From IMG/VR virus record IMGVR_UViG_2667528074_000009: a stretch of DNA of 16,788 bases, one strand, 5' to 3'. This DNA comes from a virus. Lineage: Duplodnaviria > Heunggongvirae > Uroviricota > Caudoviricetes. Positions within the stretch are counted from its first letter, which is position 1. Every line of letters starts with the position of its first letter. Shown here one piece after another: positions 1 to 6,862 of the stretch. The translations under genes and the position numbers were made by a program. The notes below the pieces were generated by a model. The model was not told the DNA's origin. It ran no database searches and saw nothing but the letters and a program-made list of their open reading frames with translations.

Positions 1-105
1 AAGGTAAGTATTCTGCGCAATTTCCCCGACGGTCGCCGGTTCGGTGACGCTTAATTCATTAAACACCACTCTGGCGGTTTCGGTCATATCCTGCTGTTTT
101 AGCAT
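1..105 (-). CDS. Hypothetical protein, 5' end only (gene runs off the left edge)
   Basis: Minus-strand ATG at 105 followed by 35 sense codons (MLKQQDMTETARVVFNELSVTEPATVGEIAQNTYL) to the window edge. It sits downstream of Q and of a minus-strand terminator, where a first late gene would be expected. RBS is weak and no family is recognised. Confidence 0.3.
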   Translation of the reverse strand, partial: MLKQQDMTETARVVFNELSVTEPATVGEIAQNTYL

Positions 106-225
106 GCCTTTTTCCCTTTTCCGGTTAACGTGACATACCAATAACTCTTGTCTGAAAAGCCAGCAAGCTGAAAAACCGGTATTCGTAACCACCAGCGCGT
201 TTAACGCCCTGCACCACTTTTCGGG

Positions 226-253
226 CACAAAAAACCCGCTCGGCGGCGGGTTT
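226..253 (-). terminator. Intrinsic terminator (GC hairpin plus T6 on the minus strand)
   Basis: Stem CCCGC (235-239) pairs with GCGGG (246-250) around a 6-nt loop. On the minus strand the hairpin is followed by TTTTTTG; on the plus strand only by TTT. Possible tR'-like terminator downstream of Q. Confidence 0.5.
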
Positions 254-314
254 AAGCTGTGTGGCGAAGTAACCACTCTTAACAGCATATTTGATTTTTT
301 ACGATTGTAAACTG

Positions 315-343
315 TTGATTATTTATCTCTAATAAAAAATAAT
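315..343 (+). promoter_or_regulatory. Candidate sigma70-like promoter for the lipoprotein gene
   Basis: TTGATT (315-320), 17-bp spacer, AATAAT (338-343), within a strongly AT-rich stretch (290-378) just upstream of the ATG at 379. Hexamer match only. Confidence 0.25.
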
Positions 344-378
344 TGATCTAGGTATACCCTTAACAATGGATAAGATAC

Positions 379-825
379 ATGAATAAAATGACTGCATTAT
401 TACTTGGCGTAACTATCATTTCAGGTTGTGCATCTTCCGTACCATTGATAAAGAAAACTCAATCAGGAAAACCTGAAGGGATTTATCAAAATACGACAAA
501 AGATAAAGTCAAGGATGCCCTTGTGAATTACTGCAATAGTAAAGGATTGATAATTTACAACGCGGATAACAGCAGTGTTATATGTGGTAAAGAACTGGAA
601 GGTGGCTCTGCTGTTCTTGGACAAATGCTAATCGGGAATGCCTATTCAACAACCCCGGTATCAAAAGTCAGATTTACTATCGCTCAAGTTAATACCGATA
701 CAAAAGTATGGGCCGATATGTGGATGGAAACTCAAATGGCAATGGGGCAAGTACAACAAATGGCTATAACAGATAATGCAAGTAAAAACACTATCCAACA
801 ACGTCTTGATGAATTAAAACCTTAA
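379..825 (+). CDS. Putative lipoprotein (moron), 148 aa
   Basis: N-terminus MNKMTALLLGVTIISGC has a hydrophobic signal peptide ending in a lipobox-like ISGC with Cys at the cleavage position. The gene is visibly lower in GC than its neighbours and is oriented against the surrounding minus-strand phage genes. Confidence 0.65.
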   Translation: MNKMTALLLGVTIISGCASSVPLIKKTQSGKPEGIYQNTTKDKVKDALVNYCNSKGLIIYNADNSSVICGKELEGGSAVLGQMLIGNAYSTTPVSKVRFTIAQVNTDTKVWADMWMETQMAMGQVQQMAITDNASKNTIQQRLDELKP

Positions 826-844
826 GTCAATTAATTGAATAACA

Positions 845-866
845 TGGGGAGAATAAATCTACTCCC
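845..866. terminator. Hairpin between the convergent lipoprotein and Q genes
   Basis: GGGGAG (845-850) pairs with CTCCCC (861-866) around a 10-nt A-rich loop. No clean T-tract on either side, so terminator function is uncertain. Confidence 0.3.
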
Positions 867-912
867 CACACGTTAAGCTGATTTAATTCCCCCCCCCTCA
901 ATAAGAGGTCTT

Positions 913-1281
913 CTAACGATCCATCTCTAGCTCAACTTCTAACATCATCAACATGCCGTCAACTATCCCTTCAGCCTTTTGCAACAAACGGCCAACCCAG
1001 CAATCCGAACGACCATGCTTTCGTGCTAGCGCCATAAACGTCATGCCCGCCACGTAATAATCTACCAGCAAATCGTGTAATTCTTTGTTGTTCTTATTCA
1101 ACCGGGCCATACAGCCACAAATGATCATTGCGTCATCGTCGGAACATTGCGGACGCGATTTAACTTTCGACGGTATTAATCCTTTAAAGCCAGCAGCAAT
1201 CGATGGCCATGTGACATCCTCATGATTATTTGCCACCCACGCTCCCCAACGCTCAAGAACCATCTGAATATCACGTGCCAT
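913..1281 (-). CDS. Late-gene antitermination protein Q (short QuuD-like type)
   Basis: [25 protein letters not shown]...[16 protein letters not shown] matches the short Q antiterminator family from memory, including the Cys-rich motif. Sits directly after rusA as in DLP12-type nin regions. Start taken as ATG 1281 (AGGTGG RBS); the ORF track's earlier start at 1290 is GTG. Confidence 0.8.
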   Translation of the reverse strand: MARDIQMVLERWGAWVANNHEDVTWPSIAAGFKGLIPSKVKSRPQCSDDDAMIICGCMARLNKNNKELHDLLVDYYVAGMTFMALARKHGRSDCWVGRLLQKAEGIVDGMLMMLEVELEMDR

Positions 1282-1642
1282 CGTTACCACCTGTAATTTC
1301 GTAAATCTTCACGCCCAGCCGACCACCAGGTACAAGCTGACTGCGCACAATATTAATTTCATCAAACTGCTCGTCGTCGATAAGCAGTCCCGCATGTGTC
1401 AGTGCATCCAGTGGCGCTTTCAGGATATTGTCCAGGTCTCGACGACGCTTATCCGGCGGCTCTGCGATAACCGTTATCGCCAGCCTTCCGGACAGGTTTA
1501 ATTTCAGCCTCTACTGGCGAACAATAAGTGCCACATCACGGCGATAACGCTTACCGGCTTCCGATATAAAATATGTGCTGCCACGGCGTCGCCAGTAGGT
1601 GTTCACCGTCGGCGGGTAAGGCAAAACAAACTCTATACGCAT
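1271..1642 (-). pseudogene. rusA: rusA Holliday-junction resolvase homolog interrupted by an in-frame amber codon
   Basis: Minus-strand frame from ATG 1642 reads MRIEFVLPYPPTVNTYWRRRGSTYFISEAGKRYRRDVALIVRQ, then TAG at 1513..1511 (codon 44), then continues stop-free as [79 protein letters not shown] to TGA 1273..1271. The DKRRRDLDN and LDDxQ segments are RusA signatures. Absent from the ORF track because the N-terminal piece is under 60 aa and the C-terminal piece has no Met. Confidence 0.75.
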
Positions 1643-1654
1643 CAGTAACCTCTT

Positions 1655-2704
1655 TTATCCGAGTACGCCAGTTGCAAAGGCGTGATCAAGAAAACGAAAA
1701 ATTAAATCAACCTGAGAACCATGCTTTTCTTCGAACGCCTGCGGATCTGCATGAAGTTCGTTGTGATGTTCCCGGCACAGCGGCAACGTAAAAATATCGT
1801 GGGCTTTTGTCCCCATTCCGCCCTGACCGTGACCAATCAGGTGATGTGGATCGTCTGCTGTCTTACCACAACACGTACACGGCTGTGTCTTTACCCAGCG
1901 CGTGTATTTCTCATTCACCCAGCGGCGACGTTTAGGCCGCTTCATGAATGATTCCGGTGACTCAGGATCAACGGCAATGCTGACCACCGTCTTTTCCTGT
2001 GGTGGGTTCTGTTGCTGGTGGGCTAGAGGCGGTAGCGCAATATTTTTTGTGCGCTGCTTCAGTATGCTGGTGGCTGTCTGCTCTCCCGGTACGATGTCGC
2101 TCTCGCGGTACACAGAGCGGATTTTTTCCGTACGTAATCCCAACGAACGACGTAATACTGCCTCCGGTAGCGCGTCCGCCACCTGATTGCAGACCGCCCA
2201 CCAGGATAACTCAGCCAGCGATAATTCCCGCTCTTGCGTACCATTCATTGCATGGCGTATGACGTCAATCATCCATGCTGTCAGATTTTGTTGAGCAAGC
2301 TGCCCGAGTGATTCGGATGTCTGGTCGCGCAGCTGGTTGTCGCAGTGCCAGCACAACACCATTGCGCCGGTACCGTAACGATGTATGACGGTTTCACTGT
2401 GGTGATAGTCTCCATGAGGCCACTGGCAGGATTTAACATGACGCAGGAGCCAGTCAGACAGTGCACCAGTGCCACCGGCAGCACGAATTACCCGCTCATT
2501 GCTGAAAAATGGCAGTAATGATTTATCTTCCGCCAGCGGCTGGCGAACGGCAGGGACGGCTCCGGACGGCAGACCGCGCATACTTTTCGGTTCCGGCTCC
2601 ACCAGCACTCGAGGGCTATGAAATACCTGCATGGATTCACGGCCCGGCTTTAGCACCACCAGTCCGAGTTCCGGTACCAGGGCAGGTCGAACTAATACCC
2701 GCAC
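1655..2704 (-). CDS. ydfU: DUF968-family protein (YdfU-like), 349 aa
   Basis: 349-aa ORF matching the length of the Qin YdfU protein, with a C-terminal Cys/His-rich region (CTCCGK...HHLIGHGQGG...CREHH). GTG start at 2704 preceded by GGAGG at 5-nt spacing. Confidence 0.75.
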   Translation of the reverse strand: MRVLVRPALVPELGLVVLKPGRESMQVFHSPRVLVEPEPKSMRGLPSGAVPAVRQPLAEDKSLLPFFSNERVIRAAGGTGALSDWLLRHVKSCQWPHGDYHHSETVIHRYGTGAMVLCWHCDNQLRDQTSESLGQLAQQNLTAWMIDVIRHAMNGTQERELSLAELSWWAVCNQVADALPEAVLRRSLGLRTEKIRSVYRESDIVPGEQTATSILKQRTKNIALPPLAHQQQNPPQEKTVVSIAVDPESPESFMKRPKRRRWVNEKYTRWVKTQPCTCCGKTADDPHHLIGHGQGGMGTKAHDIFTLPLCREHHNELHADPQAFEEKHGSQVDLIFRFLDHAFATGVLG

Positions 2705-2705
2705 G

Positions 2706-2978
2706 TTACCTCCAGATCCGTTGCTGGTATGTGCGGGACGGACGCGGTGGGCGTTCGGAATAAGGGAGTTTGACGTAGATTATCCAGAGACGATAATCGA
2801 GGCTGAGAGCTTTCTTAATCTCGTATCCGCGTCTGCGGTAGTTCTGAATCAGCCATTCGGCCTGTTCTTCAGTGCATGGGTCATGCTGGTACCAGTCATA
2901 TTTGAATGCATGAGAACGCCGCCCGTGCCTGCTGGCAAGGTCGGTATCAGAATTGTGATGTTTGGCATTGTGCGCCAT
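2706..2978 (-). CDS. Hypothetical protein (about 90 aa), positional equivalent of rem between hok and ydfU
   Basis: ATG at 2978 (MAHNAKHH...). The longer ORF-track start at 3089 would read through the terminator hairpin at 3055-3080. Stop TAA sits 1 nt before the DUF968 GTG. No family recognised. Confidence 0.4.
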   Translation of the reverse strand: MAHNAKHHNSDTDLASRHGRRSHAFKYDWYQHDPCTEEQAEWLIQNYRRRGYEIKKALSLDYRLWIIYVKLPYSERPPRPSRTYQQRIWR

Positions 2979-3054
2979 CGGTTTTCTCTGCTGGCGCAGC
3001 AGGTGCCAGTTGTTCAGGCTGGCCTGTGGATTGTAAACCAGAATACGTAAAACA

Positions 3055-3080
3055 AAAAACCCGCCGAAGCGGGTTTTCAT
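3055..3080. terminator. Bidirectional intrinsic terminator; copy 1 of a 21-bp direct repeat
   Basis: AAAAA-CCCGC-cgaa-GCGGG-TTTT; T-tract on plus, A-tract giving a T-run on minus. Lies 12 nt downstream of the Doc stop on the minus strand. The 21 bp at 3055-3075 are identical to 3904-3924. Confidence 0.6.
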
Positions 3081-3091
3081 TGGAAGCACCT

Positions 3092-3577
3092 TTAGTTTTG
3101 CTGTTCTATTTTAAGCTTGATAGTTTCATACAAAACAATAGTTGCGCCTGTTTTACATAATTCCCGGCTGTCATACGCACGAGACCAATAACACAACCAG
3201 TTCTCGAGATCTTCTCGAGTATAGGTTTTGCAGGCCAGTCCCTCTGCCATTTCCACGATTTCATCGCCTGGTGCTGTTAACTCATAGCCATTCAACAACA
3301 AGAAGACGTAACCAGCCATCATAGCTGTTCGTTTGTTCGCATTAGCAAACGGATGATTCTGAATCAGACTTTCAATCAATACCGATGCCAGTACAAACAT
3401 GTCATTGATCTGTTCATACCATCGAACCATGCTGGGACGGGCCTGAGAAGAACTTAAGTTATCTGGACTCAGAACACCAACGGGCTCATCTGGCGTCTGT
3501 AATTCAATTAGGGAACGATTGATTTCAACAAGATCATCAACCGTAAGGTAATGCACACCTTCAACAATCTCAGCCAT
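3092..3577 (-). CDS. doc: Doc/Fic-family toxin (death-on-curing-like), 161 aa
   Basis: Contains HPFANANKRTAM, matching the Doc variant of the Fic motif (P1 Doc has HIFNDANKRTAL). Preceded 20 nt upstream by a small antitoxin-sized gene. Confidence 0.8.
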   Translation of the reverse strand: MAEIVEGVHYLTVDDLVEINRSLIELQTPDEPVGVLSPDNLSSSQARPSMVRWYEQINDMFVLASVLIESLIQNHPFANANKRTAMMAGYVFLLLNGYELTAPGDEIVEMAEGLACKTYTREDLENWLCYWSRAYDSRELCKTGATIVLYETIKLKIEQQN

Positions 3578-3597
3578 GGAGTACAGCCCCCCATCTA

Positions 3598-3777
3598 TTA
3601 CACTTTAGAGAGGTCTTCCATGGCTTTCTCATAACGAGAAAAACCGAAATCAAAAGCATTTTTCACTTGTTCACGATGTGCGCAGTTTTCATCAATCGCT
3701 GGGCGAGGGACTGCCACAACGCTTTTATCGCGAGGCGGAATACTCAACCGCGTGTGTTTTTTGAGTGGGCAGCTCAT
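3598..3777 (-). CDS. Putative antitoxin cognate to the Doc-family toxin (59 aa)
   Basis: ATG at 3777 with AAGGA RBS about 9 nt upstream (MSCPLKKHTRLSIPPRDKSVVAVPRPAIDE...). Stop TAA 3600..3598 is 20 nt before the toxin start. Family not recognised (not Phd-like by eye). Confidence 0.55.
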   Translation of the reverse strand: MSCPLKKHTRLSIPPRDKSVVAVPRPAIDENCAHREQVKNAFDFGFSRYEKAMEDLSKV

Positions 3778-3903
3778 ACTAATGAGTCCTTTTGTTTTCC
3801 GATTATTGGCAAAGCCATGCACCAAATTTGATGCAAAATAGATCTGTTTGAGATCCTTAGGATAGTCTAATGGTAGCTAAAATTACAACCTCATAATGCG
3901 ACG

Positions 3904-3928
3904 AAAAACCCGCCGAAGCGGGTTAAGT
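3904..3928. terminator. Intrinsic terminator hairpin; copy 2 of the 21-bp direct repeat; likely 3' end of the hok mRNA
   Basis: AAAAACCCGCCGAAGCGGGTT at 3904-3924, identical to 3055-3075. Lies about 70 nt downstream of the hok stop on the minus strand. Confidence 0.55.
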
Positions 3929-3992
3929 GCGGGTGCGTTGAGGATGCCTGACACATCAGAGGTGGCGAGGGATTTCTCCCCCGCCGGGTCTC

Positions 3993-4148
3993 TTACTCCT
4001 CAGGTTCGTAAGCTGTGAAGACAGCGACCTCCGTCTGGCCGGTTCGGATTCGTACCTCGCAGAGGTCTTTCCTCGTTACCAGTGCCGTCACTATGACGGT
4101 TAAACAGATGACGATCAGGGCGATTAACATCGCCTTTTGCTGCTTCAT
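3993..4148 (-). CDS. hokD: Hok/Gef-family type I toxin (HokD/RelF-like), 51 aa
   Basis: Translation MKQQKAMLIALIVICLTVIVTALVTRKDLCEVRIRTGQTEVAVFTAYEPEE matches the HokD/RelF sequence as I recall it. GGAG RBS upstream of ATG 4148; stop TAA 3995..3993. Missing from the ORF track because it is under 60 aa. Confidence 0.9.
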   Translation of the reverse strand: MKQQKAMLIALIVICLTVIVTALVTRKDLCEVRIRTGQTEVAVFTAYEPEE

Positions 4149-4206
4149 AGCCTGCTTCTCCTTGACCTTTCGGTCCGTAAGAGGCTAACCTATGTTTGTG
4201 TGGCAT
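4000..4206 (-). CDS. mok: mok-like overlapping reading frame (68 codons)
   Basis: A 68-codon ORF starts upstream of hok and overlaps it almost entirely in another frame, the arrangement of mok in hok/mok/sok loci. Coding status inferred from position only. Confidence 0.45.
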   Translation of the reverse strand: MPHKHRLASYGPKGQGEAGYEAAKGDVNRPDRHLFNRHSDGTGNEERPLRGTNPNRPDGGRCLHSLRT

Positions 4207-4260
4207 AGATTGGGCCTCAGATTAATGTTAAGCGTCCTGCAAGACGCGTAATGTTAACTG
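4185..4260 (+). ncRNA. sok: Possible Sok-like antisense RNA (approximate, unverified)
   Basis: In hok/mok/sok loci Sok is antisense to the mok translation-initiation region, which here is around 4200. A TTGACC -35-like hexamer lies at 4162-4167 and an imperfect hairpin at 4233-4248. Boundaries are guesses. Confidence 0.2.
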
Positions 4261-4486
4261 GGGCTTTTCTCTGTCTGCCTTACAGTGGCATGCCCGAGGC
4301 AGACAGCCTCAAGCACCCGCAGCAATCTTACCGACACCGATAAGAAAACGCTATTTTTTATTGCCAGCACCATCTATCCAGGCTAATTTATCTGCGTCAG
4401 AACGGCGCAATGCGCTCGCCTGAGATACGTTTACTTGTCATTGGTAACAACAGATAACGGCAATTGTTGTTTCTGTTTTGTTTCCT

Positions 4487-4520
4487 TCAAAAACCCCGGA
4501 CCATCAAGCCGGGGTTTTTG
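4487..4520. terminator. Bidirectional intrinsic terminator
   Basis: CAAAAA-CCCCGG-accatcaag-CCGGGG-TTTTT; perfect 6-bp GC stem with A-run on one side and T-run on the other. Ends the minus-strand operon 4525-5758. Confidence 0.7.
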
Positions 4521-4524
4521 TTTG

Positions 4525-4608
4525 TTATCCCCAGCGGCAAATCGAATACACCATCAGCGCCACCGCCATCGCAATTCCTACCGTTGTGAATGCTTCAGGC
4601 CAGGTCAT
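4525..4608 (-). CDS. Small hydrophobic peptide (27 aa), translationally coupled to the upstream gene
   Basis: MTWPEAFTTVGIAMAVALMVYSICRWG; its ATG overlaps the upstream TGA (ATGA at 4605-4608); followed directly by the terminator. One predicted transmembrane helix. Absent from the ORF track. Confidence 0.4.
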   Translation of the reverse strand: MTWPEAFTTVGIAMAVALMVYSICRWG

Positions 4609-5168
4609 CGCAAAACATCCTCCGCACTTATCAGTTCGTTCCGCTTCAGGTAGTCCATCGCCTTATCCGGCAATTTACAGTCCGGCTTCACTTTCTTCAG
4701 TTGACTGACCAATTGCTTAACCAGCATGGTTAATTCGTCAGTCTGTTTGCCTGGTACTGGTGGATTGTCGGTTGTACCATGACTGGCAGTACAGTTGGCA
4801 CTTCCTCCCTTCTCCTCCCGCAGCGGTTCAGGCAACGCATCCAGTGAAGCTTTCACAAACCACGCTGCCTGTACTATAACGCCATGAATCCAGCGCAAAT
4901 CAGCATCGCGATCGTTCTTTTTCATCTTTTCACCACTTAAAGCCTGGCTTATGTGGCTGCGAACCAGGTCTTCATGTAACTCCTTCGCATCCTCAATGGT
5001 GAAACCACCAGGCAGGCGAGCCGGAGTTACCGGAGAGTTGCCAGCCTTACGCATGGCCATTTCCACGATTTCAACCATATCTCCTGGTGGAATTTTACAA
5101 AGTTGCCCAATACATTTCTGCTGCCTGGCATATTCGAGAATGTGTTCCAGTTTGGTTCGATTAATCAT
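4605..5168 (-). CDS. Hypothetical phage protein (187 aa)
   Basis: Clean ORF with ATG start; its ATG overlaps the upstream stop (TAATG at 5166-5170). No family recognised. Confidence 0.55.
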   Translation of the reverse strand: MINRTKLEHILEYARQQKCIGQLCKIPPGDMVEIVEMAMRKAGNSPVTPARLPGGFTIEDAKELHEDLVRSHISQALSGEKMKKNDRDADLRWIHGVIVQAAWFVKASLDALPEPLREEKGGSANCTASHGTTDNPPVPGKQTDELTMLVKQLVSQLKKVKPDCKLPDKAMDYLKRNELISAEDVLR

Positions 5169-5758
5169 TATTTATCTCCCTTAAGCATGGCGGCGCGGCA
5201 GGCGTTCCAGCCATCAGCATATGTTTCAGTTACACCGTCGAGATGGCAGGTAAGCAAATCCATTTCATCCGGCACTATCAGTACCGGCTGGACGGTGACA
5301 TTGGCAAAGGCTGCACGCAACCCGGCCTTAATTTCCTCTACCTCATCAGCACCTGGCGATGAATCTGACAGTGCATGATGGAATGCGTAAGCCATGTCGT
5401 CGCTTACTGCTATCGGCTCTGCTTCCAGTGATACCAGTGCAATCTGCGCCCTGACCCACGCCACCCGCGCCGGATTCACATGGCACATGTTGTTCCCTTT
5501 TTCTTCATAGTAATGCCCTTTACTCTCGTTAAATGGCAACACCTCATTCAGCCCGGCACTTCTGAAATCAGCGTGTAATTGTTCCAGTGCCGCTTCGCTG
5601 GAGGCACCGATTGATGTGAGATAATCGAAAAGATTGGCGCATAAACCATAATTTCGAGAAAACACCCCACCTGGTTTCGCCCCATTACTCAGCCACAAAT
5701 CATAAGCAATATAAAACCCGTAAAGCTGTTGTCTGATATTTTCTTTGATGTCTTGCAT
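5168..5758 (-). CDS. Hypothetical phage protein (196 aa)
   Basis: ATG at 5758 just downstream of a short hairpin; acidic protein; no family recognised. First gene of a three-gene coupled unit. Confidence 0.55.
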   Translation of the reverse strand: MQDIKENIRQQLYGFYIAYDLWLSNGAKPGGVFSRNYGLCANLFDYLTSIGASSEAALEQLHADFRSAGLNEVLPFNESKGHYYEEKGNNMCHVNPARVAWVRAQIALVSLEAEPIAVSDDMAYAFHHALSDSSPGADEVEEIKAGLRAAFANVTVQPVLIVPDEMDLLTCHLDGVTETYADGWNACRAAMLKGDK

Positions 5759-5767
5759 TATTTATTA

Positions 5768-5783
5768 CCGCCCTTTCGGGCGG
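5768..5783. promoter_or_regulatory. Short GC hairpin between two minus-strand genes
   Basis: CCGCCC-tttc-GGGCGG, a perfect 6-bp stem, with no T-run on the minus strand, so probably not a full terminator. Confidence 0.3.
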
Positions 5784-5850
5784 CCTCCCGATGTTTTGAG
5801 GGTGCAGAAATCCCTCCGGTTAAGGATTATATTTTCAATAATAATGTTGA

Positions 5851-6207
5851 TTATTCTGGGCTAAGTTTTGTCGCCCTGCGTATTCGCGCTTTCACATTAC
5901 GCTCAATCTGAATTAGCTTTTCTATATTTTTACGTCTTTCCCGTTCCTCCTGACGCAATTGTTTTACATCATCTGCCAGTCTGGTTTCTCTTTTCGCCAC
6001 AGAGAGCATCCAGTCAAATGGCTCCACAACTGCACCGCAGATTTTACAACGGACATGACGCTCTTTTTCATCAACCCTGACAGAGGCGTGATGGCAATAT
6101 GGTTTTTCCGATGGCTCATAAAGAAAATTAACCTGATTACGTGGGTCATCCTCTTTTACCGGAAATAAAACAATATTACTTAACTCATCTTCTGGTTTTA
6201 TTTCCAC
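5851..6207 (-). CDS. Hypothetical protein with zinc-ribbon-like motif and basic C-terminal helix (about 118 aa)
   Basis: GTG start at 6207 with GGAGGGAGG RBS at 5-nt spacing embedded in the upstream gene's last codons; CHHASVRVDEKERHVRCKICG motif; C-terminal K/R/E-rich helix. The longer ORF-track start would overlap the upstream gene by about 75 nt. Confidence 0.5.
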   Translation of the reverse strand: MEIKPEDELSNIVLFPVKEDDPRNQVNFLYEPSEKPYCHHASVRVDEKERHVRCKICGAVVEPFDWMLSVAKRETRLADDVKQLRQEERERRKNIEKLIQIERNVKARIRRATKLSPE

Positions 6208-6208
6208 G

Positions 6209-6538
6209 TTACCTCCCTCCGATACGAATACCTGCAACACGCAGTGCATGCTCCAAATCAGCCAGATAAAGCCAGCGCCCATGCTCTTTGGGCATCATGA
6301 CATATTGCTCATCGGCATTTATCGGATGACCCCTTCGAAGGTCATAGCAAGTCGGTAAATGCACTGCCCTTGCTTCCAGCTCTGCAATGCGTTTATCTCT
6401 GGCTTCCAGTTCGTCCAGTAACGCCAGCACAACCTGCGGTGTGACTTTCATGCGAAACGCCAGCAGTTTCTGAGGTGTGGACACTGTTTTTATTGCCTCT
6501 GCCACATCACGCAACGCCTGGTTGTTAATCTGATTCAC
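6209..6538 (-). CDS. Hypothetical phage protein, possibly Ead/Ea22-like (109 aa)
   Basis: N-terminal QALRDVAEA followed by a coiled-coil LLDELEARDKRIAELEAR segment, resembling Ead/Ea22-like prophage proteins from memory. GTG start overlaps the upstream stop (GTGA). Confidence 0.45.
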   Translation of the reverse strand: MNQINNQALRDVAEAIKTVSTPQKLLAFRMKVTPQVVLALLDELEARDKRIAELEARAVHLPTCYDLRRGHPINADEQYVMMPKEHGRWLYLADLEHALRVAGIRIGGR

Positions 6539-6849
6539 TGCGTCACCTCACGATTCCTCAACCAGATACAAACCGGTCCATCCTCGGTGTCATGAATGGA
6601 GCCAATAAACCAGCCCTCACCCTCTGGTCGTTCAGGTTCCCATGCGGAAATATCGGGACCATCTGCATCCGGGTTAAAATCATCTTCATCCATACTGCGA
6701 ATAGTCCACTGAAGATTATTTGCCTTCATCCAGGCGTTAAATTCTTCCGTCGAAATATACTCCCGGCCATCACAAAATTTTTCATATTCAGGATGCGTCC
6801 AGCAGCCATATTCATCACGTTCTACCGGCAGTTCTTTGATTTCAATCAT
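6535..6849 (-). CDS. Hypothetical acidic phage protein (104 aa)
   Basis: ATG at 6849 with GGAG RBS 9 nt upstream (MIEIKELPVERDEYGCWTHPEYEKF...). The upstream small ORF stops 13 nt before this ATG. Confidence 0.5.
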   Translation of the reverse strand: MIEIKELPVERDEYGCWTHPEYEKFCDGREYISTEEFNAWMKANNLQWTIRSMDEDDFNPDADGPDISAWEPERPEGEGWFIGSIHDTEDGPVCIWLRNREVTQ

Positions 6850-6862
6850 AACATTAACTCCA

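Noticed and set aside
1573-2763. ORFs at 1573-1791, 1721-1951, 1902-2186, 1999-2262, 2509-2763 (plus) and 1968-2201, 2059-2244, 2281-2484 (minus)
   Set aside because: They overlap the 349-aa DUF968 gene in other frames, with Arg/Cys/Trp-rich translations and no RBS, so they are shadow ORFs.
2631-3324. Plus-strand ORFs 2631-3050, 2906-3160 and 3142-3324
   Set aside because: Antisense to the rem-position gene, the terminator and the Doc-like gene; the first would read through the bidirectional terminator; translations are not protein-like.
4435-4708. Plus-strand ORFs 4435-4653 and 4478-4708
   Set aside because: They run through the bidirectional terminator at 4487-4520 and antisense to the coupled minus-strand genes; His/Arg/Cys-rich translations.
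5729-6168. ORFs 5729-5911, 5868-6080, 5959-6168 (plus) and 5964-6149 (minus)
   Set aside because: They overlap the zinc-ribbon gene or the hairpin spacer in other frames; hydrophobic low-complexity translations; no RBS.
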